NCBI GenBank assembly: GCA_021823825.1
Contig: JAKANJ010000002.1
Span: forward strand, 1 to 33,408
Length of the DNA stretch: 33,408 nucleotides
DNA from: a bacterium
GTDB taxonomy: Bacteria > Patescibacteriota > Minisyncoccia > Phycocordibacterales > UBA1550
Direction of reading: 5' to 3'
Made by a program: the position numbers and the translations under genes. This document shows positions 7,140-14,045 of the stretch, piece by piece. Position 1 is the first letter of the stretch, and the number at the start of each line of letters is the position of its first letter. The notes below the pieces were generated by a model. That model did not search any database. It was not told the DNA's origin and worked only from the letters and a program-made list of their open reading frames with translations.

Positions 7140-7382
7140 ATGCCTAAACAGTTTTGGCCCTGTTCTATTTGCGGCAAAGAGATTGTTACTAAAGATATTC
7201 GGTTTGCAATACGCGACACAGAAATAAATGAAAGCAAGAGAGCATGGATTTGGCGACACGTTATCGGGCTGCTGACCCTCGGGGTAAAAAGAAAAAAGTA
7301 TTTAGTGATTCTGCCTGTCTGTACACCCTGCACAGAAAAAAGACTGTGGAATGATGTATCCAAACAGCAAGGCTCACAGTGA
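7140..7382 (+). CDS. Small hypothetical protein with two CxxC pairs (zinc-ribbon-like)
   Basis: 80 aa with CSIC at the N-terminus and CTPC near the C-terminus. It has its own promoter, SD and terminator, so I prefer it over the antisense ORF 7124..7399. Confidence 0.55.
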   Translation: MPKQFWPCSICGKEIVTKDIRFAIRDTEINESKRAWIWRHVIGLLTLGVKRKKYLVILPVCTPCTEKRLWNDVSKQQGSQ

Positions 7383-7410
7383 CCGTAATCTTCAAACACC
7401 TTTCAGACTA

Positions 7411-7437
7411 AAGTCGCCAATAGTATTGGCGACTTTT
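7411..7437. terminator. Bidirectional intrinsic terminator between convergent genes
   Basis: AAGTCGCCAAT-AGT-ATTGGCGACTT followed by TTTT on the plus strand. The reverse complement is followed by TTTAGT on the minus strand, downstream of the kinase stop at 7454. Confidence 0.75.
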
Positions 7438-7453
7438 CACTTTCAAAGTTAAT

Positions 7454-9712
7454 CTACACAAGCTCTTTTGCTCCTTGCTTGCGGACCATCCCAGACAGGG
7501 GGAACGACGCAGAAAAGATTGTTCCCTCTTCTTTCTTTGACGTAAACCAAACACGCCCACCGCTATTCTCTACAATTTGTTTAACGATATAGAGACCAAG
7601 TCCTGTGCCCCCAGGGTCCTGCTCTGGAGCGTTGCTTGCTCTAAACATTTTTTGGAAAATTTTTGCCTGCTCTGCCTCCGGTATTGGATCACCATTGTTC
7701 ATTACACTAAATACAACGTCATTTCCAAGAACCTTTAGTGACACAACGATACGGCCTTTCTCTGGCGTATATTTAATCGCGTTAGAAATAAAGTTTTGAA
7801 AAATTATTCTCAGTAGTTTAGGGTCTGCGGGAATGGCAGGTAAACCTGCGTCAAAATTTTTAGTAAGGCTGTGGCCCTTTTTCTCTAAATATGGCTCCGA
7901 CTCCAAAAGCACCTCTTCGCAGATCTTGATAAAATCTGTTGGTGACGGCTCTATGAGGAAAACGCCCTGCTCAATACGCGAGACGTTGAGCAGATTACTA
8001 ATGAGCTCATCAATTCGCACGTTCATTGTGTAAATACCCTTGAGCACTTCCTCCTGTTTTGGTTCTAACTTCCCATATTTACCCGCAAGCAGACTTTCAA
8101 TATTCCATCGTATCGCCGTAATCGGTGTCTTGAACTGATGAGAAGCAAAACTGACAAATTCTGTTTTTTCCTTATCAATAGTTTTTTCTTTTGTAATGTC
8201 TCGAATCATCCCAAAGATACGGGAAATTTTGCCGTTCTCGTCAAGCATATGTTCCCCTTCGGCGCGCACGATAGACACTGAACCGTCTGGCCTCACAATC
8301 CTAAATTCAATGTTGAAAGGCGTGCCCTGTTTAACAAGCAAATCAAATGTGCTCAGCACCCTTTCTTTGTCTTCGTGATGTAAACCATCCACCCACCCAT
8401 AAGGATTTTGATAAAGTATTTCACGCGGGATGCCCCAAATTTTTTCAAACGTTGGGCTCACATAAGCAACTCGTATTGAAGGAGACAAATCGATAATCCA
8501 ATAGATCTCAGAAATTCTATCGGTTAACTGTATAAAACGTTGCTCGTTTTCAGTTGCTTTTTGCTCAGCTTTACGAAGATACGTTATGTCCTCCTCGGAA
8601 CCAACATAACCAATGATTATCCCTTTTTTATCTTTAACCGGTGCAATATGCGTGGAAGAAACATAGATATCGCCGTTTTTTCTTCTATTTATTATCTCTG
8701 CACTAAATACTTCTCCACGAAGCTTGGCGTGCCAAAGTTCAGCATAAAATTTCTTTGTCATCATTCCGCCCCACAGGCGTGGAGTCTGACCCAGCATTTC
8801 ACTTAGTGTGTAACCAGTAATATCCTGAGCCGCTTGGTTTGCAAAAACAATACGCCCATGAGTGTCCGTTATAATAGTATGCGTTGCAGAATAGTTTATA
8901 AGCCCATAGATAAGTTCTTCTCGTAGACGATTATATGGTAATTCATTCGGGTCAAAGTTTGGATGCCCGTCCAAAAAAAGCTGAGTAATTTTTTGGTCCA
9001 TGAATGTGCTCGGATAAAAAGCTTCAAAATGAAATTGGTGATCAAAAATTCCATCTGTCTTCAAAAGCCCGTGTACGTCATTTACAAACCCTTGCGGACC
9101 AGAAACATAAAGCAAGGCATCTTTTAATTTAAAAATCTCAGTGGCATCGCTGTCCTCAAGCCTTCTTAATAAATTTACAACTTTAATTGATTTTGATTTT
9201 TGGACTAAAGCATCTAGCTCTTTTGCATAAGGCGTTCTTTCTATAGAATCATTCGTTGTAAACAAAATGATATTTCTTGTTGATCCTATTTCAACAGAAT
9301 ACCTAATAAGGCTTAGAAAGGGCGCAACTCCAACCCCGCCCGCAATAAGCACGAGTGGCGTCTGAGGTTCTTCAGGGAGACAAAATGATGAGCCAAAAGG
9401 TCCGGTGATCACGAGCTCATCACCAGGATTAAGCAACCGCAATGATTCGTTGAAACCAGATTTCGTTGAGCGGAAAATTATGGTTAGAGATTTTTCTGTA
9501 GCTGGCGTGTTGACAAGTGAAAAAGCACGGCGATTTCCCTTCGCATCGGTGGCATACATATTGGGAATTTCAACCCACACATATTGCCCCGGCTCAAATT
9601 TCATTTCATGTTCAAGTTCAAAAGTAAACTCGTGAGTATCTTGAGCAATTTCTTTTTTTGTTGTCAACTTCGCCTGATATCTTTTATTGTCAATCTTATC
9701 TATTGACTGCAT
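7454..9712 (-). CDS. Sensor histidine kinase: N-terminal FNR-like FAD/NAD(P)-binding oxidoreductase module, two PAS domains, HisKA and HATPase_c
   Basis: 752 aa. Residues about 1-235 carry RRAFSLVNTP (RxYS-type FAD motif), TGPFGSSF, LIAGGVGVAPFLSLI (NAD(P) glycine motif) and YVSGPQGFV. Two PAS-like repeats follow (DITGYT...GRNP-like; RPDGS...). The H-box is FASHQFKTPITAI. The N, G1 and G2 boxes are NFISNAIKYT and GGTGLGLYIVK. Confidence 0.9.
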   Translation of the reverse strand: MQSIDKIDNKRYQAKLTTKKEIAQDTHEFTFELEHEMKFEPGQYVWVEIPNMYATDAKGNRRAFSLVNTPATEKSLTIIFRSTKSGFNESLRLLNPGDELVITGPFGSSFCLPEEPQTPLVLIAGGVGVAPFLSLIRYSVEIGSTRNIILFTTNDSIERTPYAKELDALVQKSKSIKVVNLLRRLEDSDATEIFKLKDALLYVSGPQGFVNDVHGLLKTDGIFDHQFHFEAFYPSTFMDQKITQLFLDGHPNFDPNELPYNRLREELIYGLINYSATHTIITDTHGRIVFANQAAQDITGYTLSEMLGQTPRLWGGMMTKKFYAELWHAKLRGEVFSAEIINRRKNGDIYVSSTHIAPVKDKKGIIIGYVGSEEDITYLRKAEQKATENEQRFIQLTDRISEIYWIIDLSPSIRVAYVSPTFEKIWGIPREILYQNPYGWVDGLHHEDKERVLSTFDLLVKQGTPFNIEFRIVRPDGSVSIVRAEGEHMLDENGKISRIFGMIRDITKEKTIDKEKTEFVSFASHQFKTPITAIRWNIESLLAGKYGKLEPKQEEVLKGIYTMNVRIDELISNLLNVSRIEQGVFLIEPSPTDFIKICEEVLLESEPYLEKKGHSLTKNFDAGLPAIPADPKLLRIIFQNFISNAIKYTPEKGRIVVSLKVLGNDVVFSVMNNGDPIPEAEQAKIFQKMFRASNAPEQDPGGTGLGLYIVKQIVENSGGRVWFTSKKEEGTIFSASFPLSGMVRKQGAKELV

Positions 9713-9749
9713 AGATAAAGTATATGCCGTAAAGAAGAAATAACAAGGG

Positions 9750-9790
9750 GAAAAGAAAAGCCGCCATCCGTATTTAACAAGATAGCGGCT
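9750..9790 (-). terminator. Intrinsic terminator downstream of the NMO-like gene
   Basis: On the minus strand, GCCGCTATC...GGATGGCGGC forms a stem of about 9 bp with one G-U pair, followed by TTTTCTTTT. Confidence 0.55.
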
Positions 9791-9797
9791 TTTTAAA

Positions 9798-10895
9798 TTA
9801 CTCTCCCCTGAGCTCAGCCATGAGCGTCGCGACAGAAAGGATTTCCTTTACACGATACGCATTTGAGCCGACGGTGTAGAGCGGAGGCTCATCGGGTGCA
9901 TATCCTGCTGAAGACAGAAGCCCGTTGCAAATGCAGAGAAATGCCTTTGGATTTGCCGCCTGAGGAGTTGCCTGGCACTCGGTGAGTTTCCCGTCAGGCC
10001 CTCTTTGCAGAACATAGCCTTTGTCACACTTGGGCGGACGATTAACCGAAAATATCGGCGAGTTCGTCAGCACGCGGAACGGAAGTCCACAAGGCGATGC
10101 GGGACCGCTAACAGGATGAGAAACAACGGTAATATCATCGATGCCCGCAGAAAGAACTGCTTGCTTATAGGCATCGGTAGCAGTGCTTTCATTCGTAGCT
10201 AAAAAACGAGTAGCCATCTGAACACCACTCGCACCCATTGCAAGAAATCGAACAATATCCTCATGGGTGTAGATTCCACCCGCTACGATAACAGGGATAT
10301 CCCCATACCGGTGCGCCACTTCAAGAACGGAAGGCAGAATATTTTCCAAGGAGAACGCAGGATCATCAACTTCATGCATTTTAAAACCAAGATGCCCACC
10401 AGCCATCGGCCCTTCAAGGACAACCGCGTCTGGGCGATAATGAAGCTTCTCCCAACGTTTTATAATGAGTTCAAAAGCACGAGCAGAAGAGATTATGGGG
10501 ATAAGCGCTGTATGACCAGGTGGCTGAATTCCTGGAAGGCTGAGAGGTAAGCCAGCCCCTGAGACAATAGCGCTGATTCCTGCGTCTATTGATGCACGAA
10601 TCGTTGGTTCATAATCACCCACCACCGCGCACATGACATTAATGCCAACGGGCAAGCCGCAGCTCGCATCGAGAGCCCTTTCAAGCTCTCTGCGAACGGC
10701 AGTGTAAGTGTCTACCTTTTCTGTATCACGTACGGAAACAATAGTCCGAAGACCGGCGCTCGAAACAATGCCGAGACCGCCCTCCCTTGCAACAGCTCCC
10801 GCAAGCGGATGAAGAGAGATACCAACACCCATACCGCCCTGGAAAATGCAGTTAGCCAACTGAAAATCCTTTATCGCTAAACCCGGCAACCTCAT
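9798..10895 (-). CDS. Nitronate monooxygenase / FabK-like FMN-dependent oxidoreductase family protein
   Basis: 365 aa. GGMGVGISLHPLAGAVAREGGLGIVS, GPMAGGHLG and VIVAGGIYTHEDI match the NMO (2-nitropropane dioxygenase / enoyl-ACP reductase II) TIM-barrel pattern. AAGGAG lies upstream of the ATG. Confidence 0.8.
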   Translation of the reverse strand: MRLPGLAIKDFQLANCIFQGGMGVGISLHPLAGAVAREGGLGIVSSAGLRTIVSVRDTEKVDTYTAVRRELERALDASCGLPVGINVMCAVVGDYEPTIRASIDAGISAIVSGAGLPLSLPGIQPPGHTALIPIISSARAFELIIKRWEKLHYRPDAVVLEGPMAGGHLGFKMHEVDDPAFSLENILPSVLEVAHRYGDIPVIVAGGIYTHEDIVRFLAMGASGVQMATRFLATNESTATDAYKQAVLSAGIDDITVVSHPVSGPASPCGLPFRVLTNSPIFSVNRPPKCDKGYVLQRGPDGKLTECQATPQAANPKAFLCICNGLLSSAGYAPDEPPLYTVGSNAYRVKEILSVATLMAELRGE

Positions 10896-11000
10896 GTTGA
10901 TCTCCTTTTTGTGAACTTCTCTTATTTATGTATACCACAACAGAGGAATTTATACACTACGAAAATCATTGTGTACGGAAATGCCCCAGAGCACATTTAA

Positions 11001-11228
11001 TTATTGCTTATGTATGAATTTTGCAAAAAATTTTGATGTTTTAGCTTTAGATATTATTAAGTCCCTTACAAGGAGTCTAACTCCCAACACTTCAAGGCCA
11101 ATTACAATTATCCACGACGCAGGGACAAGCGGTATGAGGTGAACCAAAAGCCCGAGCAATATCAAAAAAACTCCATAAAATATTTTAATTTTGCTTTTGT
11201 TCCTGACTTCGCGAATAATTTCATCCAT
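11001..11228 (-). CDS. Small membrane protein (75 aa), possibly PGPGW-like
   Basis: Two TM helices. It sits 2 nt downstream of the preceding gene, so it is probably co-transcribed. The family guess is weak. Confidence 0.5.
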   Translation of the reverse strand: MDEIIREVRNKSKIKIFYGVFLILLGLLVHLIPLVPASWIIVIGLEVLGVRLLVRDLIISKAKTSKFFAKFIHKQ

Positions 11229-11230
11229 AG

Positions 11231-11791
11231 TTAGTTAGAACTTTCTGATATTTGTCCGGTCTGAGAATCGTAGTGAATCCAGACACTCCTACCAATCGAT
11301 GGCTGTGTGGTCATAGGTTCGTTTGGCCTTCGCTCAGCAAAGTTGTAGAGGGCGCGCCCATCATGAATCTCTATAGTCTGTGGCGCAATCCGGTCACCCA
11401 ACAATATTGCATTTGTTGCTTTATACCCCGAAGTACCGTTATTAACAACGAGCATTGCATAATAAAATGTTCCACTTCCTCCAGGAGCGTTAACAAGCAT
11501 CACCGCTGCATCAGTATCTCCATCACCATCTAAATCTCCATAAACGGGATTGCCAAAAAGTGAAAATCTGTTTTTGGTAGCAGACCCGGGAGCGTAGGTT
11601 TTTTCCGCCTTGCTATTCACAAGGGTAAAAGTCTCCCCATTTATAGTGTAGGTCATATTTCGCACATCGAGAACGCTTTTTTTATTTGGTGAGGTGCCCC
11701 CTTTTACCAGAAAACGAGCTGCCACACTGAGAAGAACAGCCACTATGATAACTGCAAAAATAGATATTATAAATTTAGTTTTTTTCTTCAT
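11231..11791 (-). CDS. Membrane-anchored or secreted hypothetical protein with a DxDGDGDTD calcium-binding / FG-GAP-like motif
   Basis: 186 aa with an N-terminal anchor (MKKKTKFIISIFAVIIVAVLL) and the motif GDLDGDGDTDAAV. Confidence 0.7.
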   Translation of the reverse strand: MKKKTKFIISIFAVIIVAVLLSVAARFLVKGGTSPNKKSVLDVRNMTYTINGETFTLVNSKAEKTYAPGSATKNRFSLFGNPVYGDLDGDGDTDAAVMLVNAPGGSGTFYYAMLVVNNGTSGYKATNAILLGDRIAPQTIEIHDGRALYNFAERRPNEPMTTQPSIGRSVWIHYDSQTGQISESSN

Positions 11792-11838
11792 ATGTAATTA
11801 AGGTTAATGGTATTCAAAATGGCTGGTTCTTGAACTGC

Positions 11839-11866
11839 GATAATTCTATCATCATTATCATGATAG
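11839..11866. promoter_or_regulatory. Possible Fur-family operator (array of GATAAT/ATTATC hexamers) in a divergent promoter region
   Basis: The sequence GATAATTCTATCATCATTATCATGATAG contains GATAAT, ATTATCA and the 7-bp inverted repeat CTATCAT/ATGATAG. Confidence 0.25.
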
Positions 11867-11986
11867 TGCGATACTACCAACAAACACCCAAGAGTTTTTT
11901 TCATCCACGACAGAGTAAAGAAACCTCGGCCCCTCATTAAGTCAATTGTGCTATACTTGAATAGGATTAATTAACATAAAAAATAT

Positions 11987-12166
11987 ATGTATTCAAATAA
12001 CAAACTAAGTTGGTGGCTATATGGAATCGGTTTGGGTATCGTTCTCCTTGCACATATCTATATGCTTGTAGCTGGGCTTACTCCAGACCAAATGATGGGG
12101 CACGCTATTCTCAACATACTTGCGGTTTGTCTCTTAGCAATAGGTTGGTCTATAAGAAAAATGTAA
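11987..12166 (+). CDS. Small membrane protein (59 aa) upstream of DoxX
   Basis: Hand translated as MYSNNKLSWWLYGIGLGIVLLAHIYMLVAGLTPDQMMGHAILNILAVCLLAIGWSIRKM, with two TM helices. It ends 15 nt before the DoxX ATG and is below the track cutoff. Confidence 0.5.
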   Translation: MYSNNKLSWWLYGIGLGIVLLAHIYMLVAGLTPDQMMGHAILNILAVCLLAIGWSIRKM

Positions 12167-12181
12167 TAACTATAAGAACTT

Positions 12182-12736
12182 ATGCAAACAGTAGAAATTC
12201 AGGAGCCAAAATTTGCTCGTTTTATTTTTGCAGATACACGCTTTGCGTGGTTTTGGCTAATTGTACGTTTATACGTTGGTTATGAATGGCTCATTGCAGG
12301 GTGGGAGAAGTTAGTTAATTCCGCCTGGGTAGGAGGCCATGCAGGCGCCGCAATTAGCGGCTTTTTATCAGGAGCACTGCAAAAAACAGCTGGTGCACAT
12401 CCAGATGTTTCAAGTTGGTACGGATATTTTGTTCAACATGTTGCGCTTCCTCACGCTGCTCTTTTCTCCTACATTATTGTATTTGGAGAAATTGCAGTGG
12501 GTGCTGGCCTTATTTTGGGATTGTTCACTGGGATAGCAGCATTTTTTGGTACTTTTATGAACCTAAACTACCTTTTTGCTGGAACCGTGAGCACAAACCC
12601 GCTTATGCTCCTTCTTCAGCTTTTTATCATCCTTGCGTGGAGAACAGCAGGATGGTTTGGGCTTGATCGCTATTTTTTGCGAAAGCTTGGCACACCATGG
12701 CAACCAGGAAATTTATTCAAAAAAGAGTCTAAATAA
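12182..12736 (+). CDS. DoxX-family membrane protein
   Basis: 184 aa with four TM segments. The N-terminal ...WLIVRLYVGYEWLIAGWEKL... and FGEIAVGAGLILGLFT are typical of DoxX/DoxD-like proteins. Confidence 0.75.
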   Translation: MQTVEIQEPKFARFIFADTRFAWFWLIVRLYVGYEWLIAGWEKLVNSAWVGGHAGAAISGFLSGALQKTAGAHPDVSSWYGYFVQHVALPHAALFSYIIVFGEIAVGAGLILGLFTGIAAFFGTFMNLNYLFAGTVSTNPLMLLLQLFIILAWRTAGWFGLDRYFLRKLGTPWQPGNLFKKESK

Positions 12737-12742
12737 TACAAT

Positions 12743-12952
12743 ATGGAAACAGCGCCAATCCAATCAAAAAAAGTTGATGTCGGTGCAGCAATAATGGAAA
12801 CCTTGTCACGGGTCGAAGTTATGGGTGCTAATGATTCTGAAAAAAGTAGGCTCTTTAATCTGTTGGAGCGATATCAAAAAGGGCAAATCACTGCAGATGA
12901 AGCACTGCAAGCCGCAGACGACACGGAAAAATCAAAACTTGATTACCATTAA
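12743..12952 (+). CDS. Hypothetical soluble protein (69 aa)
   Basis: The ORF begins 6 nt after the DoxX stop. It is hydrophilic and predicted helical. No family recognised. Confidence 0.45.
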   Translation: METAPIQSKKVDVGAAIMETLSRVEVMGANDSEKSRLFNLLERYQKGQITADEALQAADDTEKSKLDYH

Positions 12953-12974
12953 TCTCGGTTCTACGCCTTGCCCA

Positions 12975-13463
12975 CTACACAACAAATCTCACAAAAGAGA
13001 CGACGAGAGCGATAAATAGCACTTGTGAAAAAACGCCAAATGCTATGCTGTTTTCGAGGTGATTATTTGTATGAATCCATGTATGAAAACGCTGGAGTGA
13101 CACAAGTGGCTCATGTTTGAAGTGTGCATAGACAAACTGGAGAGGATCTGGAAGCATTCCTGCTAGAGCACCAAGTATCGCCATAAGTAGCCCCACTACG
13201 GGGGCAAAAAATAGAACTGAGAGGAGGATTCCTAGAGATCCATCACTGCCAATTCGGACAACATCTATCCAAAACGACTTATCATATTTCATTGGCATTC
13301 CATAGTGAGGATTAACTGAACTTGAAGCTATCGGATAATCCCAATGCGGAATTGCATCGGCAGCAAAGTGGCTTACAAACGCGGCACAAATTCCCAGTAT
13401 TGGATGCTGGGGCACCAAACTTACTACTGCGGCTCCAACGATTGCATGGGTTGTGAGTGTCAT
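12975..13463 (-). CDS. Membrane-bound metal-dependent hydrolase-like protein (DUF457/YdjM-like)
   Basis: 162 aa. The N-terminal TTHAIVGAAV and the HFAADAIPHWDY histidine cluster within TM segments resemble the YdjM/DUF457 family. Assignment is from recall only. Confidence 0.55.
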   Translation of the reverse strand: MTLTTHAIVGAAVVSLVPQHPILGICAAFVSHFAADAIPHWDYPIASSSVNPHYGMPMKYDKSFWIDVVRIGSDGSLGILLSVLFFAPVVGLLMAILGALAGMLPDPLQFVYAHFKHEPLVSLQRFHTWIHTNNHLENSIAFGVFSQVLFIALVVSFVRFVV

Positions 13464-13508
13464 AAGTCGAGAAATTATATTTAAATTTTCTGGTAATTCT
13501 GCATAATA

Positions 13509-13928
13509 TTAGGCCTTAATTTCCTTTTTGCTACTGCAAAACGCGCACCGACACCCGTGTGGTTTGATATATTCATCGGTGTACTCTTTGCCGTAATCAT
13601 AGGTGAGCTCTTCCCCTGCCTCAATACGTTTTATAGCCTTTATAAACACACGGCCTGCGAAAATTTCAGCTTCACAATTTGGCTTACATGCATGATTAAT
13701 ATATCTCGCTGTATTTGAACGAGCACTTCCGTCAATCATTCGCGTCCTGCTTGTTTCAAAAAGGTACTTGTTCCCTTTATGTGCAGTAACTTCCTTGCCT
13801 CTTAAAATTTTACCAACATACTCAATAATCCACGTACCACGCTTTATAGGCTCACGGGCAAAAAGACCAAGACCGGCGTTTGAACGCTTAACTTCGTATG
13901 AAACATTCCCTAATATAGGCATCGGCAT
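13509..13928 (-). CDS. SET-domain protein lysine methyltransferase
   Basis: GLGLFAREPIKRGTWIIEYVG, ARYINHACKPNCEA, GEELTYDYG and a post-SET-like CRCAFC are present. I prefer the ATG at 13928 over the GTG at 14000, because TTACTT-16 nt-TACAAT (13966 down to 13939) lies just upstream. Confidence 0.85.
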   Translation of the reverse strand: MPMPILGNVSYEVKRSNAGLGLFAREPIKRGTWIIEYVGKILRGKEVTAHKGNKYLFETSRTRMIDGSARSNTARYINHACKPNCEAEIFAGRVFIKAIKRIEAGEELTYDYGKEYTDEYIKPHGCRCAFCSSKKEIKA

Positions 13929-14045
13929 AACGGTCAAGATTGTAACAAAATTAGAAAAGTAAGTAAACGACAAGAATACCCAGTAAGGTGCACGACGCAC
14001 ATTGTCTGCTATAATGTATTTGTTGTTTGGGCCCTACGCACCACA

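Noticed and set aside
7124-7399. Minus-strand 91-aa ORF antisense to the 80-aa gene.
   Set aside because: It has no promoter or SD on that strand and would start inside the terminator region. The plus-strand ORF has a complete set of expression signals.
12010-12285. 91-aa plus-strand ORF overlapping the DoxX start.
   Set aside because: It is out of frame with both the 59-aa membrane ORF and DoxX, and rich in Cys, Arg and Tyr from frame-shifted hydrophobic codons. It is most likely spurious.
13929-14000. GTG-initiated 24-residue extension of the SET-domain protein.
   Set aside because: The extension (MRRAPYWVFLSFTYFSNFVTILTV) covers the TTACTT-16-TACAAT promoter. The SET domain begins right after the Met at 13928.
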